A program made the position numbers and the translations under genes. Below are positions 1 through 30,346 of a stretch of 64,000 nt of DNA, one piece after another. The stretch spans positions 17,785,193 through 17,849,192 of the forward strand of contig CM119265.1 in the NCBI GenBank assembly GCA_051294375.1, written 5' to 3'. Source of the DNA: Paraspadella gotoi. Lineage: Eukaryota > Animalia > Chaetognatha. Positions within the stretch are counted from its first letter, which is position 1. The number at the start of each line of letters is the position of its first letter. The notes under the pieces were generated by a model, which ran no database searches, was not told the origin of the DNA, and saw nothing but the letters and a program-made list of their open reading frames with translations.

Positions 1-225
1 GAACGGAGTGCGTCAGAATTCGAAGTGGGAGAAATTTACGAGTCTCGTTCATGTTTTTTTTGCAGAATCATCATTGAAGACCAACGAAAAAAATCGGAGC
101 ACAAAAGATGCAAACAAGAGAGGAAGTAAATAATATTCCCTCCCAAAAAAAAGATGAAAAAATTAAAAAAACTTAAAAAAAAAATCTTAAAATCATAAGG
201 ATCGAGCCTGCTTTCGATGGTAACC

Positions 226-430
226 AAAATATTGATGCGATGATAACCAATATTGATGCGATATAACCAATAATTGATGCGATGATAACAAAATAACTGA
301 TGTGATGATAATCAAAATGATTGATGCGATGATAGTCATTCATTGATGTGATGATAATCATTCATTGATTTGATGATAATCATTCATTGATACGATGATA
401 GTCATTCATGACGCGATGAATCATTCATCG
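226..430. repeat. Degenerate ~22-bp minisatellite (ATTGATGCGATGATAATCATTC-like), about 9 units
   Basis: Visible periodic repeat of attgatg(c/t)gatgata. Confidence 0.85.
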
Positions 431-743
431 TAAATAAAACAACAAAAGCGTGTATGAATAAGAGAGAGAGAGAGAGAGAGAGAGGCTAGTCAGTTTTCAC
501 TCTCGTTTATATAAAGAATAATCAGAATTTTTAGGAAAAAAATCGACGAAAATCTCGGATGTAAATTTGGGATTTTGTATTGAGAAAAAAGCGCGGAATA
601 AATGGCGGAATAAAATAAAAAAAAAAAAAATCCACGAAAATCTCGGATGTAAATTTGGGATAATGGTGATAATAAAAGTTTTTAGAAGGAAAAAAATAAT
701 CAGAATTTTTCAAAAAAACAAACGATCACGCAAGAAATCGTAC

Positions 744-774
<31 letters not shown>

Positions 775-1797
775 GTCACCAGAGAGAGACAGACAGAGAG
801 AAACAAAGCTGGACAGCTGCTGGAAGGCCGCTGTACAGTCACTGCAGAGACTGAACTCGTTTTTAAAAAAAAAAGAAAAAAAAAGAGAAAAAAAAAAAAA
901 TATATATATAATTTAAAGAAATAAAAGAAAGGCAAAAATGATGTTACAATTGTTTACAATTGGAAATTTTTCCAATTTTTTCCAATCGCAGCTTGTAAAA
1001 GATTTTATTTTTATTTGTATTAAAATTAAGAATATAGCTTCTCATTAAAAAGATATTTTGAGTTCCCATTTTTATTATATTTTTTAAAAAAATTTTTTGA
1101 ATTTCATCTTCATCATACTAATTTGGATATTATAATGAGTATTTTAATCTCATTTGCATATTGCAGTAAATCATTATGAAGTGGAAATTCAAACAAAAAA
1201 TACTTAAATCCAAATTTAATATGAAAATATCACAGCTATTTCAAGATGAAAAGCCATAAATAAATTTTTAACTTACTATGATCGCACACTTTTGTAAAAC
1301 TTTATCATAATTCATAATAATTTTTATTTAAAAAAAACCGGTAAGTCACAGCCAAACCTATAAAAGCGTAGTAGTTTTTATACAAAAAAGCGTGACGGAC
1401 GACGACGACGACGACGACGACGACTACGTCACAAAGAAGCAACCCTAAAACATTATAGAGCCTGACCCAGCTTCGCCGGTCAAGGCTCGATAAAAAGGAG
1501 ATTGGTTTCGAATTTTGGTTGTTCAACTTCAAAATTTTAGGTCTCTTTTCAAAAAGAGCCCCCTAATCACTAAGCTAATCCTTAACCCTAATCACCCTAA
1601 TTAGTAATCAATAACCTAATTTTTTGACCTAAAAACTATTTTAATTCCAAATTTAGATGAAATAAAATGAAATAAGGCCAAAATTTTACCCAACAACAAA
1701 TATGAAAGTAAAGTAAAAAAAGTAATCGAAGTATAACTCTCTTTTCTCATATCAAACAACAACAAGAAAAAAAAGAAACGACCAATGTTTTGTTCAC

Positions 1798-1929
1798 CTT
1801 AAAATGTTTCTCAACATGAGAAAGATGCACAAGTTCTTCGCTTAACTCAAACGCCGTCAGAATTGGGTCTTTGCTTGTTAACGAGATGTAAGCTTCGCTG
1901 GACAGACCTTTGTATGCGTTTAACCTTGC
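1798..1929 (-). CDS. TRPC: TRPC exon ([44 protein letters not shown])
   Basis: cctcag acceptor, gtgaac donor, 132 nt; strongest TRPC signature in the window. Confidence 0.93.
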
Positions 1930-2528
1930 CTGAGGTTGGAAGAGAAAATGAATCTGTTGCATCTGAACGACAAACGCTGAATAAAATATCGCGTGACCTT
2001 AACAAAAAAAATTAAAAATAAAACCGTGATTTAAAAATAGATTAGATTTAAAAAAAAACTATTTTCTAAAACTAAGTTAGCAAAGACATCAAAGATAACT
2101 TTCCCCTATATAGTCGGTAAATGCCGAAAGGACTAAAAAATTGAAAACAACAAAAAGGAATTTGTACTGTCCGAACAGTGAATTGATACCTGTGAACGCC
2201 TTAGAGCATCCCTTTCTACTTCGAGCATGCATTCTGCACAACCGCACGTGTGCTTGTGGGGAACCGGAATCGTTATGCCTCGCATCAAGAGGAGTTTCAC
2301 CACGTCGTACCTGAAAAAGGAAAAAAACCAAAAAAAACTGTAAAAAAAAAGGCTTAAATTGGAGTCGCGTCTCTACTTACATGTTGAACGTTGCCGCGTG
2401 GATCAAAGACACGGTCGCCGGCGAAAGCTCCTCTGATGGACGATTTGCTTTTGGGCCCTGGGGAGGGAAGGATTTCGGGTCGAAAATGGGGGGTAGGGCG
2501 AGTTGATATGAGAGAGAGGAGATGAAGC

Positions 2529-2566
<38 letters not shown>

Positions 2567-2950
2567 TAAAAACGATGATATTGTAAGATTTAAACGAAGC
2601 TGGAAGAAAAATAAATTTCTTTAACCAAATTATTGCTAAACTCGAAATCGCTTATTCATCAGTATAGAAAAAAATGCAAATTTTTATCAGTGTGGGTAAG
2701 GGCGACCGTGAATTTATATGATTGTTCAAAATAATAATTTTTGTAATGATAGGCAGCGGATCATATGATGTAGTTACTTTTGACTTAATTTTTAAAATAC
2801 TCAATGTCTGTGCATCTAAGTGTTCCTGTTAGTGCACCTGGTAATATCAGTCAGTGACTTACGATTAGAATTCGAACTTTTTTTAATATATATCTAGAAA
2901 GTAATTAATCGGAGAGAAAGCGAGATTAAATGGAATGTAATATAATTATC

Positions 2951-2996
<46 letters not shown>

Positions 2997-3227
2997 AATA
3001 AATACCTGCATCGTCATATGAAGAGCAAGGAGTTCTGCTGGATTCAGAACGTTTTTGCGATTCCATTGCGCTGATGGAAGATGACAATGACAATAACGAC
3101 GATGACAGTTACGAGAGAAGAACCGGAGATGGGTCGGGGGCGATGACAACGAGAACGACGACGACGCAAGAGCGCCCCCGAGTGATTGAAGAGGGAAAAA
3201 TTTGTTTACGATAAAGTAACAAGTTCC

Positions 3228-3280
<53 letters not shown>

Positions 3281-3528
3281 AGCCGTCGGGAAGAGAAATG
3301 ATGATGGGAGGGATCAATAGGAAATCCGAAGGTGAGGAAAAGCGATAAAAGCGATAACGTGCAGCAGCAGATAACCGTTTCGGTAGGAAGTTTCCGGAGG
3401 GGGGGGGCATTGAAGAGGTAGGTAGGGAGAGGGAGAAGAAGGGAGGTCGAAGAAATGAGGGATAGAAGTCGAGGAAAGATAAACGGAGTCATTCGAGAAA
3501 AAAAAAAGAAACGCAAATTGATTGATTG

Positions 3529-3616
<88 letters not shown>

Positions 3617-6044
3617 GAGAAAAAAAGTCCAAGAGGAGGGGAAAAAGTCAAAAGCAGGGGAGACGAACGACATCGAAATCCGTAAATCCGTAAATCGGTG
3701 GTGGTCAGGGTGGTAAAATCGTCAGTGTGATTAAGTAAATTATTTTTCCGTTATGATGATGACATCGTCGTCGTCGTCGTCGTCGTCGTCGTATGTGTGA
3801 CCGTCGTCGACGTTAGGGGCCAACGAGCGCGAAATAGAGAGAAGAAAAATCCAGTTTCGGTTGCATGAAATTTAAATATGAAAGAAAAAATAAAGCGGTC
3901 AGAAAAAAAGAAGTCGGGGGGGGGGGAAAGAGAAGAGAGAGAAGTGAAAAAAGGAAAGAATATGAGAGAGGGAAAGAAAGAGTACAAGGGGTAGAGGGAG
4001 GAAGGGTACGGAATATGAAAGTGGGAAGAACTGAAAAATATCGGAGAACCGAATGAACGGGATTTCGCTTTTCGAAAGGAGGAAAGCAAAATCATCGGTT
4101 TTATGAATATATTTTTGATACTTAAATTTGACTCGGTAAATGTTGACATTTTTTTTGTTGTGAAGGTTCAAAAGAATTAGCTTCTACTATATAGATTTCA
4201 ATTGTAGTATGACATGCCGTCATGCAAAATCATGCGCAGAATCACCTTTTTGTTTTAATTATGTAATTATGTCCACAGTATATTAATTATTTATATATCA
4301 TCACAGAGGAATCAGAACCGGAATTGATATTGATTTTGTAACAGAGAAATAATTCTCTCTCTCTCTCTCTCTCTCTCTCCTCTCCTCTCTCTCTCCTCTC
4401 CCCTCTTCTCTCTCTCTCTTCTCTCTCTCTCTCTCTCTCTCTCTTCCCCGCCTCGCCCGTGCTAAAAAGTTTATTCAAGTAAATAAAAAAGAAATAGAAA
4501 GAGCTTTTTATGATACTAAGAATGCGAAGTAAATTAATGGTATTATTAAAGAACGCTGTTTTTTTTTAAATTTGAAATGTTTTAAATGGAAAAAAGTGAT
4601 TGATCGAAATTAAGAAAATGTTTTGAAAAAGGGATGAAGGGAAATAAGTACTCACAGCCTTCGATCGCTGCGTGACATTTCGATTACACGAGTCAAAATT
4701 ATTTGTATATTTTTTGTTTTTTTGTTAAACAGAAGTAGAGAGAGGATATAAGCGAGAGTGGGTTTCAGTCGGTGAATATAGGATAGAACAAACGTTCGAA
4801 TATGTATAAATGCATATGAACACATAAAACGTTTACTGGTTAATTTTTAGTTAAGACTTTCAAGGTTGCTCGCCGGTACCTGCATAAACCGGATGTTTCA
4901 GGATCGCCATAGCAATAGCTTCGGATTTTTTACTGATTGCCTGAAAATGTTATAAATATACAATCGATCTTTAGTTCGATGACGATCTTGCTTATTTTAA
5001 TACTTTTTTTTTTTTATTTATTTGTATTTCTTTTAAATAATATTTTTTATTTTTTGTCACCTGTAATAAGGCATCTTGGACGTTGGAGGCGGAGCATCGA
5101 TTAAGAAGAAGCTCCACCACCTGGAAAGTTCGCACAGAGAAGAAAGGATAATTAGATTTTGACGTCGTTGCTGATGAGGAGGATGATGATGACGATGATG
5201 ATGATGATGATGATGATGATTACGATGCTAATGATAATGATAAACAAACCTCGACATGTTGTCCATCTACGGCTAATCGCAAGGCGCTTCGCCCCAATAA
5301 ATCCACAACGTCTACGTTTAAATCCGGAAAATCTGAAACCGAAAAAAAAAGTCGGTTGAGTGAAAGTGAAAGTGAGTAAAGCACCTTACCTTTCCACACC
5401 TTACCTTTGAGCAGGGATCGAAGGCGGACAAAATCCCCCGTTTCTGCTGCTTGAAGAAAATCGTGTTCCTCCTTGGAAAGTTGCTGTAATATGAAATTTA
5501 ACATTTAACAGAGGGAAATTAAAAACAATTTATCCTTAGACAAGTACTTTTTTAAATCTTTATTTTCAGTTTCTCAAAAAGGACTACTTTAGACCCTCTG
5601 TTAGATGAATATTTTTTTTCAGTTTTAGGTTTTTAAATATTCCGCAACCAACCATCTCGAGAAAAAAATATGAATGAGCAAAGTACACGAATAGAAAAAA
5701 CTTTTTTGGGGCAAAAGTTTTTTCCCAAAATAAATGTTTCTTTTTTTTTTATTCAGGCCCACGAGGATGAGAAAATGTTTATGGTCCTCGCGAAAATCCA
5801 TCAACTTTTTACGATTCTTTGAGGAACTCTCTAGTTTTTTGGTTATCCAATATCCGTCCATTCTTTTTCGCTCATAAATCCAAAATCGGGAAAAAAATCT
5901 TAAAAAAAACCCGCCACTTTGCGCACAAAAATGTGGCAAAAATATCGATTGATGTTTGTACAAATCTTTCTACATTTTCTTTTGTGTCTTTCTTCAATAA
6001 TGACTCAAAATTACCATCCGCTCATGAAGTTTCAATCCTTTCAT
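1798..6044 (-). CDS. TRPC: TRPC-family (canonical transient receptor potential) cation channel, N-terminal half (ankyrin repeats + Zn-binding TRP_2 region); 3' part outside window
   Basis: Hand-spliced, phase-consistent GT-AG exons: 6015-6044, 5405-5483, 5250-5332, 5061-5120, 4880-4940, (4656-4667), 3006-3070, 2381-2457, 2190-2310, 1798-1929. Product: [70 protein letters not shown]...[101 protein letters not shown]. Matches TRPC hallmarks (EE.FL.AAE.G, PH...[25 protein letters not shown]). Paralogue subtype not assignable. Confidence 0.92.
2190..2310 (-). CDS. TRPC: TRPC exon with PHxxxCxCxEC zinc-binding motif
   Basis: tttcag acceptor, gtatca donor; [40 protein letters not shown]. Confidence 0.92.
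2381..2457 (-). CDS. TRPC: TRPC exon (ankyrin repeat 4 start)
   Basis: ccccag acceptor, gtaagt donor; [26 protein letters not shown], phase 0->2. Confidence 0.85.
3006..3070 (-). CDS. TRPC: TRPC exon (linker)
   Basis: catcag acceptor, gtattt donor; [21 protein letters not shown]. Supplies the phase 1->0 bridge needed between flanking exons. Confidence 0.7.
3228..3280. repeat. (GAC)n microsatellite
   Basis: perfect trinucleotide run in TRPC intron. Confidence 0.95.
3532..3614. repeat. (GA)n microsatellite
   Basis: perfect dinucleotide run. Confidence 0.95.
4880..4940 (-). CDS. TRPC: TRPC exon (ankyrin)
   Basis: tttcag acceptor, gtaccg donor; [20 protein letters not shown]. Confidence 0.85.
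5061..5120 (-). CDS. TRPC: TRPC exon (ankyrin)
   Basis: ttccag acceptor, gtgaca donor; [20 protein letters not shown]. Confidence 0.87.
5250..5332 (-). CDS. TRPC: TRPC exon (ankyrin)
   Basis: tttcag acceptor, gtttgt donor; [28 protein letters not shown]. Confidence 0.9.
5405..5483 (-). CDS. TRPC: TRPC exon (ankyrin 1)
   Basis: ttacag acceptor, gtaagg donor; [26 protein letters not shown]. Confidence 0.9.
6015..6044 (-). CDS. TRPC: Probable first coding exon of TRPC gene
   Basis: [13 protein letters not shown] followed by gtaatt donor, in phase with the next exon; start assignment is inference. Confidence 0.5.
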
Positions 6045-7449
6045 CGATCCATGACGATCACAGACATATATAATTTATATGATAAGTAAGTTATTCGTTA
6101 ATAACGCAGGGGTTAGTAATTAAAAAAAAGACATCTTCCCCCCCAGCTTTCTCAGCTTGAACGCCTCGCATAAAAACCGGCGAGACAAGTCGTTCAGTTC
6201 GCAACAGAAATCGAATTTTCCTTTACTTTTTTTTTTCATATATTCGTCGAAAAGCAGAAGCTTCTGACCCGAAACTTATTTATTCGGTTTTCGCCTCCCG
6301 TTTTAAAGGTGAGGTATAAAAAAATAGAGACCTCGAGAGGAAATTCATCGAAATTCATCGATGTTTCGAATTTGGGTTCATGTGGTAAAAAAAGGGAGGA
6401 GAGAAGTTTTCCGTTATATTTCCTTTCTATTCGGGCCTTCGATGCGTGAGGAATCCTTGGTTTCCCAGACTTCGGAAGTCTTGGATTTATTCGCGGAAAT
6501 GACCCTTTTGTTCTTTGGTCGGGCAAATGCGGTTATTTCATGAAACTCGTACACTGTACACTGTGTACAGTAGAGTGGAGAACTGGGGAACATAAATTTT
6601 ATTTGAGTGAACAAACTAGGATATTTAGACGTGAGATAGTATGATTAAAGCGTCAAAAAACTATTTGCTTATATTGTTTGGGGAACAGTAGTATTAATTA
6701 CCATATATGTATAGTAATATCCTTACAAAATAATAAATTTTCAAAATATTTTTAAAAAAATTTTTATTAAAGATTCTGATTTTTCATAAAAAAGGTAGAT
6801 CAAAAATATAAAATATGTTATTAAAAATTCCGATGTTTTCAGCGTCAAAAATGGAAAATAATATCAAAATTCTTCACTTTTCACGCTCTGTAGTAGAAAC
6901 TATTATATGATAAAACGTTTTAATAATTTTTCGCTATTGGTGACAGCCACAATCTAGTTAGTCGATGACGTCATCATCATTCACCGCCATTGGCGTTGGC
7001 GTACTTTCGGAATCGTCGTGCAGTTCTGTTATCATCTCTATACGCATCATTCGTTTCTGGTTCGTCTTCCGGCGTCATCCGTCCGGAAGTGACGGAGACA
7101 GCGTCTCTTGTGAGGCCAAGAAATCTCGGCATTTCTTGGTTTTACCGGAAAGCGACGCGACGTGACGGAGCGGGGTTAGGGTGAGGACATAAATGGGGGC
7201 CGAAGTGGGAGAGTCAATTCGTATGGATCGGGTTTCGATAAGTTTACAGTCTACAACTTCGAAGAATACGGTAAAAAAATCTTATGTTATATTACAATGA
7301 TATGTTACCATTTTTTCCTGCCCACCTCCCGGACTCTTCCTGACCGGGATTGAGATTCCCAAGGCCGAAACCAAAGACCGACATTAAAATGAAGGACGAA
7401 CAATGGGAGAAGTGGAATCGGTGGAAGAGAGAGATAACCTACTTCCAAC

Positions 7450-7499
<50 letters not shown>

Positions 7500-10400
7500 T
7501 AATTATTAGAATGAACTATTAATTAACTAATAACTAACGAAGTTTTTAAAGCAAGTATATCTGTTATTTTTCATTAGCTTTTGTAAACATACTTATTAAT
7601 AGACACTTTCTGGGTTTAGTTAAAAAAAAATCCTAAAAGATATTGTTTAAAAAATGAATTTGCAACCAGATCGGTTCCCGAAACCTTTTGGTTCTCTCGT
7701 GGGACACCCCTTTCAAAGTGATGGCGTCCTTTAAAGATGGCACCGTTCGTTCCCACAGAACGATGATTCCAGAAAGGAGCCCCCCCCCTCAAAATCATGA
7801 AATATCAAACCTTCGAAATAAAAAATAAAAAATGAAATCGGAGAGATGCTTTTCCCCTCAGACCCGCACGTGACTTGTATTCCTTTATGAAATTGGTACA
7901 ACCAATATAAAAATTATCCACTCATTTAATAAATAAGCTATCTTGCCCCTGACTTTGGACAGGCTTTGGTGGTTTAAGGCCTCCATCACTCTTACAAGAT
8001 AATGACATAGCAGGTCCCTATCACGGAACTCTCTTAACTTCGTCTCCCGGCCCCAACGAAAGTAGGGGATCCCAAAAGGGCGACCGCGTTTTCGCCCCAA
8101 ACATTAATTATCGGGCGAAGGTGCGACAAACGCCTACTTGGCGTGACGTCTCTCTCTCTCTGCGGAAGCGACGGAGAAATTGACGGAAGACGCGGGCGAC
8201 GGTCCGGCTATCTTGCTTCATTTTAATTCAAGCCCGTCGCTGTCTTTAAGATCTTTAAATTATGTAGATAGTAATAATTATGAGAGAGTACGAGATTCTT
8301 ATTAGTTTGATTTACTCGTTATACGGTTCCATTTTCCTGTGTTTCTTCTCAATTTCCCCATCGGGCCATCCTAATAAATTCTTTTTATTATGCCTTCGGC
8401 CAACCTTACCAACCAACATATACTTTTGCTTGTACGCACCTTTCCTTAACACTTTTTACCCCTCAGAATTGTTTTTTCCGTTTGTCCCCACATCGCTTAA
8501 CGCGGGGCAACCGAGCGATTTATTTCGCCTTTTAACCGGAAAGAGCGAGGGCGCCGCCCCCTCACGGCACGAGTTTTTTTTTTCCTTTTGAGCCAAAGGT
8601 TACGACGACGACGTCCTTTTTATTTGCGAGACGACCGACCTGACGGTTATTTAATTTAACGGTCAAAAATTGCGGTTTTCTCTCATTTGGGGATAATATG
8701 TAATAATTCGTGTTAAACTGACGCACAAATTTGATTTCAAACACTTGGGAGACTAAATTTAGAGATGTGTAAATTTGCAGATCCACTTTTGGAGCATGAA
8801 TGCCGAAAAAAAAAACAGAACATTTTCTCGCCATCGAATCGTAGATTTACTAAATATTCTCCTAAATCTCTTTAATGATCTAAGGAACAACTTAATAAGA
8901 CAAATAATCCGAACAACAAACATTTCCCAAACCGTACGCAAAGGGCTCCGACCCATTCGTTACCGTAACATAGTAGTAATCGGTGGGAAAACAAAAGAGA
9001 AAAAGCCGGCGTTAATTTGTCTCGTCGCGACGGGCAGCGACTTCCGGCGTTGTTTTTCCGAGGCTAAAAGCGCGCCCCTAGGGTCTTGTCCTTTTCTTTG
9101 GGAGCCTCCTTTTGAACGAGTGGCATAAAAACATATGGGAACGATGGGACAGAGGAGGAGAAGAAGGGGGGCGATGCTGGGGAGGAAAGGGGAAGAGGAG
9201 GAGGAGGAGAGAGGGATGAGAGAGAAAATAGACGCGAAAGAAAAGTGAGGAAAAACATATCCATCGGAGGGGGCGCGCGCATAGAAAACGGCGGTTATGG
9301 TTATTCGGCGGAGCGAAAAGACGGCGGGGTTGCAACGGCGGGAGGAAAGCGGAGGGGTTCGGTAAAGAGTAAGTGCCTCTAAAGGTTGGCGGTAAGAAGA
9401 TTTCAACGGTGACGGCGGCGTTCGCTGAGCGTATCCGCTAATCCATGCAATCCGGTCAAAATTTTGCAAAAACTAATAAAAGATTTATACAAAATATTTT
9501 AAAAAGTATTGAATATTTTCTATTAATTCTTTTCCGTCATTGGCATCTTTTTAGCAACAAGGCTATCATCTGAGCCTCCCTTTCCCTTTCCCTTCGCCCA
9601 ACCGCGTCTGCGCACCCCAGATTGGTTCGATTGGATCGATGGTCGCCCCCTCTGGGAGCTTCCGTTTTCTAGATACACATACCGATGCATAACGCACGCG
9701 CAAAAGTCTTTATACTCGTCGTGCATGGTCAATTCTGCTCGCCTTGGTTGACATCAGGGCAATAGATATCGGGTTGGATCCAGAAAATGGCTAATTGCTG
9801 TCACGGTCCAGCTCAATGGCGTTGCTAAAAATCCCTTTCCAAACACTTTTTCTCGTCGGAATCGCCTCCCACACTCTAGTTCTCACCCCATTCTCCCCCG
9901 CCTTTCCTCCTCTGTTTTCTGAGATCGTGCATTGATTCCCCACTTCGCGGCCTTTTCTCTTGCGACCCCTTTTTTTTTTCTCCTCTTCGGATTCAAGTGT
10001 TTGTTTCTTCCCGCCCTTACTTCTCAACCTACCACCTTTTTCCGTTCGACTCGCTCTCACCCCAACCCCCCCAAACGACGCGACGTTTCTTCCATCTGCC
10101 AGAGACACTTTATCTTTGGACTCGAGTTTTTCAAACGGTTCTCGTGTCTCGGCGGCTGGCGGCGGCCCTCGCATTCGTTCCTCCCTGGGCGCCAGTGCCT
10201 CCCCGGGCGCCATCTCTTTCGTCCGAACCACAGCGACCCCGTAAACGGGCGGCGCTCCAACCAGCGGCGTCTGTTTAACGAGGGTGCGCCCGCCGATTCG
10301 ATGTTTTACGTCGCGTATTTCCCGGCGTCGATGCCGATCCGCGGCACCGAATGGAAACGAAACGCAATTAAAAGGAAATTAAAACTGAAAACAAAACCGA

Positions 10401-10599
10401 AGCCGAGGAGCGTTTCCTTTTTGTTTTTTTTTTCCTTTTCAGATTCGATTAGTTTCGTCCGGCGTCCGACTAATCGAGATATTTTCCGAAGGCATCGCCA
10501 TGTTTTCTAGTTCTCTCTTTCGTCCTTCTTATNNNNNNNNNNNNNNNNNNNNNNNNNGAGAGAAAATAGACGCGAAAGAAAAGTGAGGAAAAACATAAA

Positions 10600-28864
<18,265 letters not shown>

Positions 28865-28932
28865 CGTTCGAGTACCGGAAACGCAAATAAAAAACAAGAT
28901 TACACTCTGTTGTTGCTAAGGGAAAAAAAGTG

Positions 28933-28942
28933 GCGCATGCGC
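28933..28942. promoter_or_regulatory. NRF1-type palindrome GCGCATGCGC
   Basis: Exact consensus followed by several TGACG/GTGAC half-sites; motif match only. Confidence 0.25.
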
Positions 28943-29441
28943 GATGGCGAGATGACGAGTTACGTGACAGTGTGGGTGAAGGGAGAGTGACGTGACGGGC
29001 GACGCTACGAGAAAGATTATAGTCAGATTATATGGTGACACATTATGTGACTGACTGTGAAAAGCTCCATAATAATACGTCGTTGAACGTCGCTAAGCAA
29101 CAGTTTGTGACAGTGACAATAAGAACTGCAACAATGTTTAGAAGTCATCGACACTCTTTCCATCGCCGATATCAATTGAACCTTCGTAAGAGAGTTCAAT
29201 TTACGCGACGAACTAGCTTAATTACTATAATAATACGAAATTGAATTGATAAAAGTCCCGGATGTGGCTAAATTTTTATGGGTTCAGTACCACTCCTTTT
29301 CTTTGTTCGGCTCTGGCAGAAAAATGGAATTCCGTGCAACTCGGACCAGATTTGGGAATATAATCCCGCCGTATTTTTCATTTTTATGCGCCCGACGCGC
29401 CCTCTAAAGTCCTACTTTCTTTTGTTTTCAAACGCATTAAC

Positions 29442-29555
<114 letters not shown>

Positions 29556-30220
29556 CCTCCTCCATTTGTTGTTTCTTTCTGTTCGTCTCGATCAGTTCCT
29601 TTGTTTCTTCAACTTTCCGTCGCTCGCCAAGTCTTTTGTTTTCATTTTAACTTTTCGCCCGGTTCCCGCGGAAATGAGAAATCTGCGCGACCGGGTGCGC
29701 ATTGCCGCGCTCGCTCCAGAACTGAATAAAAGGGCGAGGAAATGACGCGTACGATTCTCAGATGGAGAGAATGAATCTCTCCGATATAATAAATCGATAA
29801 TGAATAATGAATTACACAGCTTTTGATAATTATCGTACAGAGCTGATGTAAAAATTCAAACCTCTCGTTTATGAGTCTCCAGCGATCGTCACGTGCCTTT
29901 TATTAAAACAGTGAAGGGTCGGCGATTGTTTGCTTCTCTTTTCTCAGTTTTCCTCTTCTCGCCGAACTTTTTCCCCTTTTACGATCTACTTCCTGCGAAT
30001 AACTCTTCACTAATTTCCCTCCTCCCCTCGTTTTCAAACTCACTCAATCCCCTCCCTCTATTCCTCTCGCTCTCCGTCATCCTTTCTCACTCTCACTCAT
30101 TCATTTCCTCTTATAAAAATATTTTACTCTTCGAGGAAAAGTTGAGGTAATAAAGTAAAAAAGAGTAAAACAGTCTCCAGCTCCAGAAGAAGATAAAACT
30201 ACAATCCAGACTTTCTTTGA

Positions 30221-30346
<126 letters not shown>

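Noticed and set aside
226-430. CRISPR-like array
   Set aside because: No unique spacers, degenerate tandem units, eukaryotic context, no cas genes
1560-1620. Telomere-like CCCTAA repeats
   Set aside because: Only a few non-contiguous degenerate units; not a telomeric array
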